A stretch of 64,000 nt of DNA from Candidatus Sumerlaeia bacterium. GTDB lineage: Bacteria; Sumerlaeota; Sumerlaeia; SLMS01; JANRJK01. The position numbers and the translations under genes are program-made. The notes under the pieces were generated by a model, which saw only the letters and a list, made by a program, of their open reading frames with translations, had not been told where the DNA came from and did no database searches. Shown here piece after piece: positions 9,036-18,977 of this stretch. Location: NCBI GenBank assembly GCA_033764015.1, contig JANRJK010000017.1, positions 1 to 64,000 of the forward strand, given 5' to 3'. Position 1 is the first letter of the stretch. Each line of letters begins with the position of its first letter.

Positions 9036-10442
9036 CTATGCGATCTCCGCCGAATCCCCGCGCCGCGGCAGGTGGCACTCGAGCCCGAGGTTGCCGCGCA
9101 CGTAGGCGGCGAGCGATTCCCGCGCCTTGTCCTCGCCGTGTACGAGGAACACGCGTTCGAGGTGGCCGCCGCTCATTTCGCGCACGCGGTAGATGAAGTC
9201 GCGCAGCTCGTTCGCGTCGGCGTGGGCGGAGAAGCCCTGGAGCTGCGCCACCTCCGCGCGCAGCGCGTGCTCCTCGCCGAAGATGCGCACCTTCGGCTGC
9301 CGCTCCAGCAGCCGCCGGCCCAGCGTGTGCTCCGCCTGGTAGCCGACGATCAGCACTGTGTTGTTCGGGTTCGAGATCGAGTTGCGCAGGTGGTGCAGGA
9401 TGCGCCCGGCCTCGCACATGCCGCTGGCGGAGATGATCACCATCGGGCCCGCCTTGTCGTTCAGTGCCTTCGACTCCTCGACCGACGCCGTGTAGTGCAG
9501 CGTCTCGAAGCCGAAGATGTCCGGGTCCTTCTGCATCGCGTCCCAAGCGGAGCGGTTGTAGTAGTCGCGGTGCTTCTTGAAGGCCTGCGTGACGTTCACC
9601 GAGAGCGGCGAGTCGACGTAGATCGGCAGCCGCGGCAGGCGTCCTTCGTTGAACAGCCGGTTCAGGTGGTACACGATGTCCTGCGTGCGCCCGACGGAGA
9701 ACGCGGGGATGATGACCTTGCCGCCGCGCTGCGCGGTGCGTTCGACGATCGCGGCCAGCTCGTCGGCCAGCAGTTCCGTCGGCGCGCTCTCGCGGTCGCC
9801 GTAGGTCGATTCGCAGATCAGCGTCTGCACGTGCTCTGGCGCGGACGGCGCGGAGAGCAGCGTGCTGTGCGCGCGCCCGATGTCGCCGCTGAAGCACAGC
9901 CGGTGCTTCTTCCCCTTCTCCTCGATATCGAGCACCGTGACCGCCGCGCCGAGCATGTGCCCCGCCATGAGGAACTCGCCGCAGACGCGCGGGGCGAAGC
10001 ACACCTCCTGGTGCATCTTGAAGCCGCGGAACTGCTGCAGCACGCGCTCCGCGTCCTCGACCCGGTACAGCGGGTCGAGCGGCTCCTTGCGCTGCTTGCG
10101 CCGCTTCTTGTTCACGAACTCGACGTCCTTCTCTTGGATGAAGGCGGAGTCCATCAGCATGCTGCGGCAGAGGTCGGCGGTGGGCTTGGTGCAGCACACC
10201 TCGCCGCCGAAGCCGAGCGCGCCGAGCAGCGGCAGGTTGCCGCTGTGGTCGATGTGCGCGTGCGAGAGGATCACCGCGTCGATCTCGCGGGGATCCACGG
10301 GCATCTCGGCGTTGCGCTCGTAGAACTCCGCGCGGCGCCCCTGGAACAGCCCGCAGTCCAGCGCCACGCGCGTGTCGCCCGCCTCGACCAGGTGCATCGA
10401 CCCGGTCGTCGTTCCCGCCGCACCCCAGAATCCCAGCCTCAT
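9036..10442 (-). CDS. MBL-fold metallo-hydrolase, beta-CASP/RNA-specificity-domain ribonuclease family
   Basis: DCGLFQG, SHAHIDHSG (HxHxDH), AGHMLG, FSGDIG, ESTYGDR, PAFSVGRTQ, SASGMCEAGRILHHL, GFSAHAD, LVHGE. Confidence 0.92.
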   Translation of the reverse strand: MRLGFWGAAGTTTGSMHLVEAGDTRVALDCGLFQGRRAEFYERNAEMPVDPREIDAVILSHAHIDHSGNLPLLGALGFGGEVCCTKPTADLCRSMLMDSAFIQEKDVEFVNKKRRKQRKEPLDPLYRVEDAERVLQQFRGFKMHQEVCFAPRVCGEFLMAGHMLGAAVTVLDIEEKGKKHRLCFSGDIGRAHSTLLSAPSAPEHVQTLICESTYGDRESAPTELLADELAAIVERTAQRGGKVIIPAFSVGRTQDIVYHLNRLFNEGRLPRLPIYVDSPLSVNVTQAFKKHRDYYNRSAWDAMQKDPDIFGFETLHYTASVEESKALNDKAGPMVIISASGMCEAGRILHHLRNSISNPNNTVLIVGYQAEHTLGRRLLERQPKVRIFGEEHALRAEVAQLQGFSAHADANELRDFIYRVREMSGGHLERVFLVHGEDKARESLAAYVRGNLGLECHLPRRGDSAEIA

Positions 10443-10480
10443 CGCGCCGCTCCTCGTTCGGGATCGTAACCCGCCAAGGA

Positions 10481-10509
10481 ATCATGCCCGGCGCGCGCGG
10501 CGAGCGCAA
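10481..10509 (-). promoter_or_regulatory. Candidate sigma70-type promoter for the MBL/beta-CASP gene
   Basis: Minus strand TTGCGC-N17-CATGAT upstream of GAGGAG and the ATG at 10442. Confidence 0.4.
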
Positions 10510-10535
10510 AAAGGAATCGCGGCGAATCGCCCCCG

Positions 10536-13109
10536 CTACAACCGCGGGTCCACCGGCTCCGACTCGAGCGCCAGCACGCCGAAGACGCACTCGTGCACGC
10601 GCCGCAGCGGCGCGCGCTCGATGAAGCGGTGCAGCCCCTCGACGCCGAGCGCGAACTCCCGCAGCGCGAGCGCCCGCTTTCGCCCCAGCGAACGGTTCCG
10701 CAGCCGCGCCAGGTTCTCCGGCGCGTCGTACTCGGGGCCGTAGATGATCCGCAGGTACTCGCGCCCGCGGCACTTGAGCGCGGGCTGCAGCAGGCCCCGC
10801 GGACCACTCGCCACAAACTCGAGCGGCTTCACCACCGCGCCCTCGCCGCCGCTGGCGGTCAGCTCCTCCCACCACGCGCAGGCGGCGGCGGCCTCCCCCT
10901 CCTCCGCCGGGTCGAGCGCCCGGTGCCGCGTGGCCACGAGCACCGGCGAGCCGCCCTCGCGCGCCAGCCGCTCCGCCAGCGCCATGTGCCACAAGTGGTC
11001 CTTGTCCGTGTGCGCGGCGCCTTGCGTCGCGAGCAGGTGGAACGGCGCCACCCGGTAGTCCTGCGGCGACGCCACGCTCCAGCAGTAGCGGCGGTAGGCG
11101 TCGGCGAACCGCCCCACCGCGCCGGCCCGCGCGGCGGTGCGCGCCCGGGCCTCCGCGACGCCGCCCAGTCCCGCGGCTCCCTCGGCGGAGAGCGCCTCCA
11201 GCGCGGCCGGCAGCGTCAGCCCGGCGGAGGCCGACACCGCCGCGTACTGCTGCCGGATCAGCTCGAACGCCTTCGCGGACCATGGCATCAGCTCCGCGTC
11301 GAACACCGCCCAGCCGGTGGCGAACTCCTCCCAGAAACCCGCGCGCTCCAGCGCGGCGCGCAGGATGGCGAGCAGCGCCTCCTCGGCATCGGCGTCCTTG
11401 AAGAACGCGCGCCCGGTGCGTGTCTGGATGCTGCCGAGGCGCCCGCCCGGCGCGCCGAAGCCCGCCCGCGCGCCGTCCAAGTCGCGGCACACCACCAGCA
11501 CCGCGCGCGAGCCCATGTGCTTCTCCTCCATGACCACGCGGCGCACGCCCTGCGCAGCGTAGTGCCGGAAGCATTCCTCCGGGCGCTCGAGCCAGCCTTC
11601 CTGCGCGGAGGTCTCGCACGGCGACATGGTCGGGGGCAGGTACACGATCCAGCGCGGATCGACCGCGAAGCGGGACAGCACCTCGAAGGCCGCCGCCGCT
11701 TCGCCCTCCCGGATCGTCACGGGATGCCCGAGCCGGGGCATGATGACGCGCTTGCCGGTCACGTCCTCCGCGTCCAGCAGCGAATCGTACTCCTGCTGCG
11801 GCGTCACCGCGGCGGCGCCGGAACCGAGGAAGGGCTTGGGGGTTTCGTAGTAGGTGCGCTCCGCCGGCACGGAGAGCGTCTCGCGCTCCGGAAAGCGGAG
11901 CGCCGTGAGGCGGCCGCCGAACACGCACCCCGTGTCGATGTTCACCGTGTTGTTCAGCCAGAGCGGTTCGAGCGTCGGTGTGTGCCCGTAGACCACCAGA
12001 GCCGCCCCCCGGTAGTCCGCCGCCCACAGCATCCGCACCGGCAGGCCGAACTCGTCGGTCTCTCCGGTCGTCTCGCCGTACATCGCGAACTGGCGCACCT
12101 CCGAGGACGCGCGCCCCTGGTACTCGCGCTTCATCCCCGCGTGCGCCACCACCAGCCGCCCGGCGTCCAGCACGTAATGGCTCACGAGGCCGTCGAGGAA
12201 TTCGCGCAGGTCGCGGTGGAACGGCGGCGGGCACGCGGCGAGCGCGTCGATCGTGGACTGCAGGCCGTGGGACGCGGTGACGTTCTGCCCGCGCAGGTGC
12301 TTCAGCAGCTTCGCATCATGGTTGCCGGGCACGCAGAACGCCGTCCCCGCCGCCACCATGTCCATCACGAGCGCGAACACCGCGGGAGAATCCGGCCCGC
12401 GGTCGCCGAGGTCGCCGAGGAACAGCGCGCGGCGGCCGGCGGGGGGCTCGACACGGAAACGCCGCGGCGGCGCCTCCGTGGCGCGCTCCTCGACCGCGTA
12501 GCCAAGCAGCCGCAGCAGCGCGAGCAATTCCTCGATGCAACCATGCACGTCGCCGATGATGTCGAAGGGGCCCGCCTCCGCGCGCCGGTCCGTCCAAGTC
12601 GGCTCGCGCACGATTCCGCAGCCTTCGACGTCCTCCGGCGTCTTCAGCGTGTAAACGTAGCGGAAGCCCTCGCGGCCCAGCCCGCGAAGCCCGCGCTGCA
12701 TCGCCGCCATCTGCTTGGCCACCACGTGTTCGCCGAAGGCGCGGTCCGGGCGCGACTTGTTGCGCTCCTGCGCGATCCTGCGCGGAAGGTCGAACGCGAT
12801 GGCGACGGGCACCGCGTGGAACTCGCGCGCCACCGCCAGCAGCGGCGCCCGGTCCTCCGCCCGGACGTTCGTGGCGTCCACGACGGTGAAGCGCCCCAGC
12901 GCCAGCCGCCGCCGCGCGATCTCGCGCACCAGCGAAAACGCCTCCTCGTTCACGTCGAGGCTGTTCTCGTCGTCGCAGACCATGCCCCGGCAGCGGTCGG
13001 ACGAAACCACTTCCGTCGGGCGGAAGTGCGTTGCCGCGAAGGTGGACTTGCCGATGCCCGACGGGCCGATCAGCACCACCAGCGAAAGCTCGGGGATCTT
13101 CAATCGCAC
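10536..13109 (-). CDS. pnkp: Polynucleotide kinase-phosphatase (Pnkp): kinase, metallophosphoesterase and ligase domains
   Basis: GTG start (MRLKIPELSLVVLIGPSGIGKST P-loop); GDVHG, GDLGDRG, GNHD phosphoesterase motifs; EEKHMGSR ligase motif; C-terminal ESEPVDPRL; overlaps the hen1 stop. Confidence 0.95.
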   Translation of the reverse strand: MRLKIPELSLVVLIGPSGIGKSTFAATHFRPTEVVSSDRCRGMVCDDENSLDVNEEAFSLVREIARRRLALGRFTVVDATNVRAEDRAPLLAVAREFHAVPVAIAFDLPRRIAQERNKSRPDRAFGEHVVAKQMAAMQRGLRGLGREGFRYVYTLKTPEDVEGCGIVREPTWTDRRAEAGPFDIIGDVHGCIEELLALLRLLGYAVEERATEAPPRRFRVEPPAGRRALFLGDLGDRGPDSPAVFALVMDMVAAGTAFCVPGNHDAKLLKHLRGQNVTASHGLQSTIDALAACPPPFHRDLREFLDGLVSHYVLDAGRLVVAHAGMKREYQGRASSEVRQFAMYGETTGETDEFGLPVRMLWAADYRGAALVVYGHTPTLEPLWLNNTVNIDTGCVFGGRLTALRFPERETLSVPAERTYYETPKPFLGSGAAAVTPQQEYDSLLDAEDVTGKRVIMPRLGHPVTIREGEAAAAFEVLSRFAVDPRWIVYLPPTMSPCETSAQEGWLERPEECFRHYAAQGVRRVVMEEKHMGSRAVLVVCRDLDGARAGFGAPGGRLGSIQTRTGRAFFKDADAEEALLAILRAALERAGFWEEFATGWAVFDAELMPWSAKAFELIRQQYAAVSASAGLTLPAALEALSAEGAAGLGGVAEARARTAARAGAVGRFADAYRRYCWSVASPQDYRVAPFHLLATQGAAHTDKDHLWHMALAERLAREGGSPVLVATRHRALDPAEEGEAAAACAWWEELTASGGEGAVVKPLEFVASGPRGLLQPALKCRGREYLRIIYGPEYDAPENLARLRNRSLGRKRALALREFALGVEGLHRFIERAPLRRVHECVFGVLALESEPVDPRL

Positions 13110-14482
13110 CGGTCGAACACCCCCATCTGCGTCGGCGTCCCCCGCTCCGCGTCCTCCGCGCCGATCCCGCGCAGCTCGACCCGGTAGCCGCGCCGCGCGC
13201 AGACGCCCTCGCACCACTCGCGGAACTCCGCGCGACTCCACTCGAAGCGGTGGTCGCCGTGGCGGAACGCGCCCGCGGACAGGTTCTCCCACACGCTGTT
13301 GTAGTCCGCGTTCGGCGTCGTCACCACCACGCGCCCCGGGCGCGCCCGCTCGAAGACGACGCGCTCCAGCGATTCGAGCCGCGGGAGTTCCAGGTGCTCG
13401 ATGACTTCCACCAGGAGCGCCGCGTCGAACCCGGCGAAGCGCGCGTCCGCGTAGGTCGCCGACCCCTGCGCGAGCCGCACGCGCGCGCGCTTCGCCTGCG
13501 GCAGCCGCGCCACGCGCGCCTCCGCCATCGACAGCGCCGCCGGCGATACATCCACCCCGAGCACCTCCTCCGCCTTCGCCTCCTCGACCAGCGCGCGCAG
13601 GTACCGCCCCTCGCCGCAGCCGAGGTCGAGCACGCGCCGCGCGCCCGCCTCGCGGACCGCTTCCACCACGGCGTCGCGCCGCTGCCGCCAGAGCCGCTCC
13701 ACGGGCTCCGGCGGCGGCTCGACGGGATCCTCCGCCGCTTCCGCCGGCGGCGGGTCCTCCGGCGCGAGCCGCGCCACCGCCTGCGACGCCAGCGAGGCCC
13801 TCCGCCGCAGATACCGCCGCGCGATGACCTCGCGCTTCGGATGCGCCGGGAGCCAATCCGCCCCCTTCTCCAGCAGCTTCTCCACCTCCGCCTCGCCGAT
13901 CCAATAGTGCTTCTCCGCGTCCAGCGCGGGGATCAACACATACAGGTGCCGCAGCAGGTCCATCAGCCGCACCGTGCCGCGCAGCCGCGTGTCGATGAAG
14001 CGGCTCGGACCCCACTCTGGGAAGGCCGGGTCGAGCGGCGCGGCGGTCGCCTGGACCTCGTAGCCCAGCGGCTCGAACAGTTCGCGCACGAAGGCGGGCC
14101 CCTGCGCCGAGGGCAGCGCGGGGATGTGCGCCTCCAGCGGGATCGCGGTCTGCGCCAGCTCCGGCCGCTCGCGGCTGCGCCCGTTCATCGCCGAGCCGAA
14201 CGCCTCGGAAATCGCCACCGCCAGCAGCGAACTCGCCGCGTAGGGGCGGTCGTTCACGTACTGCGCCAGAAGCCCCTCGCCGCCGCGGTGGCGCTTCGCC
14301 AGCTCGACCGGGTCGATCTCGACCAGCAGCGCCGCCGTGCACGCGTCCTCGCGCGCCTCCGGGTAGAAAACAAGCCCCGAACCGAACGCGAGCTCGATGG
14401 TATGGCTCCGCTCCGGATTCTTGCGCAGCAGGAACCCGAGGTCCGTGGCGGGGCGGTGCGTGGTGCGGATGGAAAGGAACAT
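13100..14482 (-). CDS. hen1: 3'-terminal RNA ribose 2'-O-methyltransferase Hen1
   Basis: MFLSIRTTHRPATDLGFLL, YVNDRPYAASS, HLYVLIP..KHYW N-terminal domain; DLGCGEG SAM motif; EVIEHL, TTPN, RHGDHRFEW. Confidence 0.95.
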   Translation of the reverse strand: MFLSIRTTHRPATDLGFLLRKNPERSHTIELAFGSGLVFYPEAREDACTAALLVEIDPVELAKRHRGGEGLLAQYVNDRPYAASSLLAVAISEAFGSAMNGRSRERPELAQTAIPLEAHIPALPSAQGPAFVRELFEPLGYEVQATAAPLDPAFPEWGPSRFIDTRLRGTVRLMDLLRHLYVLIPALDAEKHYWIGEAEVEKLLEKGADWLPAHPKREVIARRYLRRRASLASQAVARLAPEDPPPAEAAEDPVEPPPEPVERLWRQRRDAVVEAVREAGARRVLDLGCGEGRYLRALVEEAKAEEVLGVDVSPAALSMAEARVARLPQAKRARVRLAQGSATYADARFAGFDAALLVEVIEHLELPRLESLERVVFERARPGRVVVTTPNADYNSVWENLSAGAFRHGDHRFEWSRAEFREWCEGVCARRGYRVELRGIGAEDAERGTPTQMGVFDRCD

Positions 14483-14875
14483 CGTCGGTGATCGATCAGT
14501 ATCCCCGATGCCTAAGCCCCGCGCACCACGCGGGCAAGCACCACCGGTCCCCGCACCGCCAACCGACCCCGGGCCGCCCGGGGGGCCTCGACGGACCGCG
14601 TGGCTCGCGAATGCCCGGAGCGCCTTCTCCAGCCCCATTGCCCGCCCGCCTTCGGCTTGGCAACGCGCTTCGCTCCTGATGCGGCGCGAACGTCCCCCAC
14701 TCCCGCCAGCAGTCGCGTTCCGGCTCCCGGCGCGCCCTCCTCGCCCACCAGCCGATCGCCGTACCCGCAAGTCCGGAAAAGAGCCCCAGCTCCGCGCGTC
14801 GAAATCCGCAATCGTTACGGCGCCCCCGACAAGCGGATGGGCTTGGTCTACGGGGGATCGCATGAGGATGTAGGA

Positions 14876-16294
14876 TTACGGTTTAGGAGTTAAGAACACC
14901 TTCCCGAACTGCTTCGGATCCGCAGCCCGCAAGGCATCGAACCAAGGTTTGGGTTTAAGAAGATAGACTAAATCAGCGCTTCCTTTGGAGGCTGCCAATT
15001 GGCAGAGTTCATACTCCGGCTGGAGAAGTGTGTTCAGATGAGCCATCAGCGTTTGCCCGGGCACGATGCTCGCCAGAGACACTTCCTTGGACCTCCGAAG
15101 CTGGAGTCGGCCGGCTCTGTCGAAAACCACCAGGTCGGCATACATTTGATCCTCCGACTCTTCGATCGTATAGAGCTCGTCGGGTACGTGCTCCAAGGCC
15201 ATCATCAGAGCAGGAACACCAGAATCTTTCCATCGAATCTCGAAAGCGGAAACATCCGCAGCCTTCTGGATGTCTTTTGATTTCGGTGACATGTAGAGTC
15301 GCGCGAGCTCTGCATCGGAGATCGTGTCATCCAGTTGTACGCTTGGGGCCGAAACTGTAGGAATCTCGGCGCCGAGAAGAGTGTCGGGCAGTGCTTCGAG
15401 CCGTTCGATGTCTTCGCGAATGATGGCATCGATGTCAAACTTCGCACGCGCGAGATCGAGCACCTGGTCGCTCGGCACCGCGCGCGGTCCGTCGGGGAGG
15501 AGGAAGAAGGGGTTCTCTGTGATGAAGGGATGATTGATGTGGGGAATCGGGAGCCTCAACTCGCGACGAAGCCAGTAAATGGCAAGGATTTCGACCGGAA
15601 TCTCCCATGAGTTTCCTGTTCCGAATACAGACTGTATGGTATCCTTCTTCATCTCTTTTTCCCGATACTTTATGCATTGCACTATGATGTCTTTGAATCG
15701 AGACTCATCCTCCCAAGCTGCGGCTAGGCCCGAATAGACCTGCGCCTTTGGAGTGTTCAATCGGGCGAGTTCCCTCGGAGAAACCCGATGCGCGCGTTCC
15801 AAAACGCACGCCAAGATGGCAAGATGGGGAGTCTCATTGATGCGCATAAAGTACAATGCATCTCCCCCCAAGCGTGACAGCATCAGGCAGCACCAGCGTG
15901 CTTCCATCAACAAGCCCAAGGATAGGCAATCCAAGGCGTTGAGGCAGAGACCAGCATAATTTAGGATGGACTTCTGGCGAATTCCTGCCAATGTCCGTGT
16001 CCTTTCATACACGGATTGATAGACTTCGCTGCGGACAATGAGATCGCGTTGAGTGATCACCTCTGCTGGGTCCTCACTTCTTGCGAACAGACAGACATTA
16101 TGCCAATAGATCGTACTTGTTAGTTCCCAACCCCATTTGCCGTCCTCGAAACGGACGAGACTTGGAAGATTCTGCCTCAGGTCTTCCAGAGCTTCTAGAT
16201 ACATCTCGTCACCCATCGGGTAAAGGAGCAAATCCGCTTTTCTGTGGGAAATCCACTTCTGGATGTGTGCGGCGAAGGTCTTCATAGCTGGCAT
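14876..16294 (-). CDS. Hypothetical protein, AT-richer than host, possibly two fused immunity-protein-like domains
   Basis: 472-codon open frame in a visibly AT-richer block. An alternative start at ATG 16285 follows GAGG. The PVEILAIYWLRREL..P...HP segment and a distinct C-terminal domain resemble uncharacterised proteins found beside polymorphic toxins (recollection, unverified). Confidence 0.7.
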   Translation of the reverse strand: MPAMKTFAAHIQKWISHRKADLLLYPMGDEMYLEALEDLRQNLPSLVRFEDGKWGWELTSTIYWHNVCLFARSEDPAEVITQRDLIVRSEVYQSVYERTRTLAGIRQKSILNYAGLCLNALDCLSLGLLMEARWCCLMLSRLGGDALYFMRINETPHLAILACVLERAHRVSPRELARLNTPKAQVYSGLAAAWEDESRFKDIIVQCIKYREKEMKKDTIQSVFGTGNSWEIPVEILAIYWLRRELRLPIPHINHPFITENPFFLLPDGPRAVPSDQVLDLARAKFDIDAIIREDIERLEALPDTLLGAEIPTVSAPSVQLDDTISDAELARLYMSPKSKDIQKAADVSAFEIRWKDSGVPALMMALEHVPDELYTIEESEDQMYADLVVFDRAGRLQLRRSKEVSLASIVPGQTLMAHLNTLLQPEYELCQLAASKGSADLVYLLKPKPWFDALRAADPKQFGKVFLTPKP

Positions 16295-16352
16295 CCTCGA
16301 GGGAATAGTGGGTCTAACAACTGTACTGTTCCGTCTGACGAAGGCGCGTTGT

Positions 16353-16790
16353 TCACAGTGATACTAGCAACGACTGGCATAACCTCTCAAACCTCCGGCA
16401 GGTGAGCTTGATACAGCCGAGCTTGAGGAACCCTTGATGGACGTCGTAGCTGCGCTCGTAGCGGGTCCGCAGGCGGCGGCTCTTTCTGGGGTGGTGCCTG
16501 CTGCCGGGCTTGGCGCGGTCATTCGGGCCCGTCCAACTCGCGGAGCATGGGCGCGAGCACCTTCTGCCAGACGCCCGCTCGGCTCCACTCGTGCATCTGC
16601 CGCCGCGTACGGTGCAATGTTTGTCGACCGCTGCCGACAGAGATGCCCAAAAACCCTGGGCCTGACCCTCAAGTGCTGCATCGTCATCGCGTGTCGGCAG
16701 CGCACGTCGTTGGCTTCCTCTGTGGAAGCGAGGAAAGCGCTCTGGAAGGCTCTTCGGCAAGGGGAATCCAGGGCTTGGCGGCGCCTCGCC
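16353..16790 (-). mobile_element. Degenerate, multiply deleted IS5-family transposase remnant
   Basis: Collinear fragments in different frames: [66 protein letters not shown] lies near the right end at about 16364. Confidence 0.7.
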
Positions 16791-16956
16791 GGACATCGCA
16801 TCGCTCGCGGGAGGCAGCCCGCGCGTTGGCTCCACGCCCGTTCCGCCTACTTCGGGGGGGTGCCGACCGCGATCCCTTGACCCCCCGGCGGCGCCGCGCC
16901 GAAATCGGCTCGCGAAGAGCGCAGGGAATCACGCTGAAAGGTCGGCAACACAGCTC

Positions 16957-18216
16957 ATGGCAAGCTACGAAAAGGTCGCGCCTCCCGCCGGGGGCACCAT
17001 CACGGTCGGAGCGGACGGCTCGTTGAACGTCCCCGACAACCCCATCATTCCGCGCATCATCGGCGACGGCATCGGCGTCGATGTGAGCCGCGCGATGGAC
17101 ATCGTGGTGAACGCGGCGGTCGAGAAGGCGTTCGGCGGGGCCAAGAAGATCGCGTGGTTCGACGTCCACGCCGGCGACGACGCGGTCGCCAAGTACGGCG
17201 AGAACGTCTACCTGCCCGAGGACACGCTCACCGCGATCCGCGAGTACAAGGTGGCGATCAAGGGGCCGCTGTCGACCCCGGTGGGCGGCGGCATCCGCTC
17301 GCTCAACGTCGCCCTGCGCCAGATCTTCGACCTCTACGCATGCGTGCGCCCCGTCCGCTACTTCAAGGGCGTGCCCTCCCCGATGAAGGCGCCGGAGAAG
17401 CTCGACGTCGTCATCTTCCGCGAGAACACCGAGGACATCTACAAGGGCATCGAGTTCGAGCAGGGCTCCGAGAAGGCCGCGAAGGTGATCAAGTTCCTCC
17501 GCGAGGAGATGAAGGCGGACCTCCGCGACGACAGCGGCATCGGCATCAAGCCGGTCTCCGTGGCGGGCTCGAAGCGGCTCGTGCGCTCGGCGATCCGCTA
17601 CGCGCTCGAAAACAAGCGTCCCCTCGTGACGCTGGTCCACAAAGGCAACATCATGAAGTTCACCGAAGGCGCCTTCAAGACCTGGGGCTACGAGGTGGCC
17701 ACGCAAGAGTTCCGCGACCAGTGCGTCACCGAGGACGAGGTGTGGAACCTGCACGGCGGCAAGGTGCCCGAGGGCAAGCTGCTCGTGAACGACCGCATCG
17801 CCGACTCGATGTTCCAGCAGCTCCTGCTGCGCCCGGACGAGTACTCGGTGCTGGCGACCATGAACCTGAACGGCGACTACCTGTCGGACGCGTGCGCCGC
17901 GCAGGTCGGCGGCCTGGGCCTCGCGCCCGGCGCCAACATCGGCGACGGCGCGGCGATCTTCGAGGCCACCCACGGCACCGCTCCCAAGCACGCCGGCAAG
18001 GACATGGCCAACCCCGGCTCGCTGATCCTCTCCGCGGTGCTCATGCTCGAGTACCTCGGCTGGCAGCCCGCCGCGAAGCTCGTCATCGACGCGCTGGAGG
18101 CGACTATCGCCGACAAGACCGTCACCTACGACCTCGAACGGCAGACGGAGGGCGCCACGAAGGTGTCGTGCTCCGAGTTCGCGCGCCTCATGGCGGGCAA
18201 GATCGCCAAGGCGTGA
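16957..18216 (+). CDS. icd: NADP-dependent isocitrate dehydrogenase
   Basis: [67 protein letters not shown]. Confidence 0.97.
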   Translation: MASYEKVAPPAGGTITVGADGSLNVPDNPIIPRIIGDGIGVDVSRAMDIVVNAAVEKAFGGAKKIAWFDVHAGDDAVAKYGENVYLPEDTLTAIREYKVAIKGPLSTPVGGGIRSLNVALRQIFDLYACVRPVRYFKGVPSPMKAPEKLDVVIFRENTEDIYKGIEFEQGSEKAAKVIKFLREEMKADLRDDSGIGIKPVSVAGSKRLVRSAIRYALENKRPLVTLVHKGNIMKFTEGAFKTWGYEVATQEFRDQCVTEDEVWNLHGGKVPEGKLLVNDRIADSMFQQLLLRPDEYSVLATMNLNGDYLSDACAAQVGGLGLAPGANIGDGAAIFEATHGTAPKHAGKDMANPGSLILSAVLMLEYLGWQPAAKLVIDALEATIADKTVTYDLERQTEGATKVSCSEFARLMAGKIAKA

Positions 18217-18977
18217 GCAACGCCGGGGGTTCCCTAGCGCGCGCCCTGGCGGCGGTGGCGGCGCTCGCCGCCGCCGCCGGCTGCGCCACCGCGCGCTGGG
18301 AGCCCCTCGCGCTGCCCCGCTCCGAGCCCGCGCACGGGGGCCGCCCGCTGCGGGTCGCCGTCCTCCGGGCCACGGACGTCCGGGGCGGCGAAACCCGGCC
18401 GGGCTGGTGGCACCGGGTGCCGCTCCTCTCGATCCTGCCGCTCGCGCCCGCCGGCCACCATGACCGGCCGGAGGACTCCGCCCAGCGCGGCCCGCTCCAC
18501 TACGGCGTCGACTGGCCCGCGGAGCTGACCGCCGCCGCCACCGCGGAACTCGCCGCCACCGGCGCCTTCCGCATGGCGGTCCCCCGGGACCGCGAACTGG
18601 CCGAGCTCGCGCGCGAGGGCTACGACTACGCCGCCCGCGTCCGCCTCGACGAGGCCTCGGTCAAGATCCGCGAGCACCGCTGGGGCCTCGACCTGTTCGG
18701 CCTCGCCGACCTCTCCGGCATCGCCCACGCGCTCGGTGCGCCGACGCGCTCGACCCGCGCCACCGCGTCGGTCACGGTCGAACTGCTCGAACTACCCTCC
18801 GGAAATCCGGCGCTGCGGGGATCCGCCACCGCCATGACCTCCGGCCACACCGCGGGCTGGTACTACGGCGGGGGAGTGGAGGGCCTTCCCGCCGAAGCCC
18901 GGCAGCTCCGCACCGCCGTCGCCTACGCCCTCTTTGCAGCCGTCTTCGAAGCCACCGAACCCCTGGACGCACGCTGA
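18213..18977 (+). CDS. Hypothetical lipoprotein
   Basis: GTGA overlap with the icd stop; hydrophobic leader ending in lipobox AAGC; stop overlaps the next ATG. Confidence 0.65.
   Translation: MSNAGGSLARALAAVAALAAAAGCATARWEPLALPRSEPAHGGRPLRVAVLRATDVRGGETRPGWWHRVPLLSILPLAPAGHHDRPEDSAQRGPLHYGVDWPAELTAAATAELAATGAFRMAVPRDRELAELAREGYDYAARVRLDEASVKIREHRWGLDLFGLADLSGIAHALGAPTRSTRATASVTVELLELPSGNPALRGSATAMTSGHTAGWYYGGGVEGLPAEARQLRTAVAYALFAAVFEATEPLDAR

Noticed and set aside
10536..14863. Possible Hen1-Pnkp fusion or longer N-termini suggested by the ORF track
   Set aside because: The genes are in different frames with a normal 10-bp overlap; family-typical starts are at 14482 and 13109.
14483..14875. 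About 390-bp gap upstream of hen1 as a possible ncRNA or small ORF
   Set aside because: No recognisable tRNA-like, Y-RNA-like or riboswitch structure, and no convincing coding signal by eye; an Infernal/Rfam scan would be needed.
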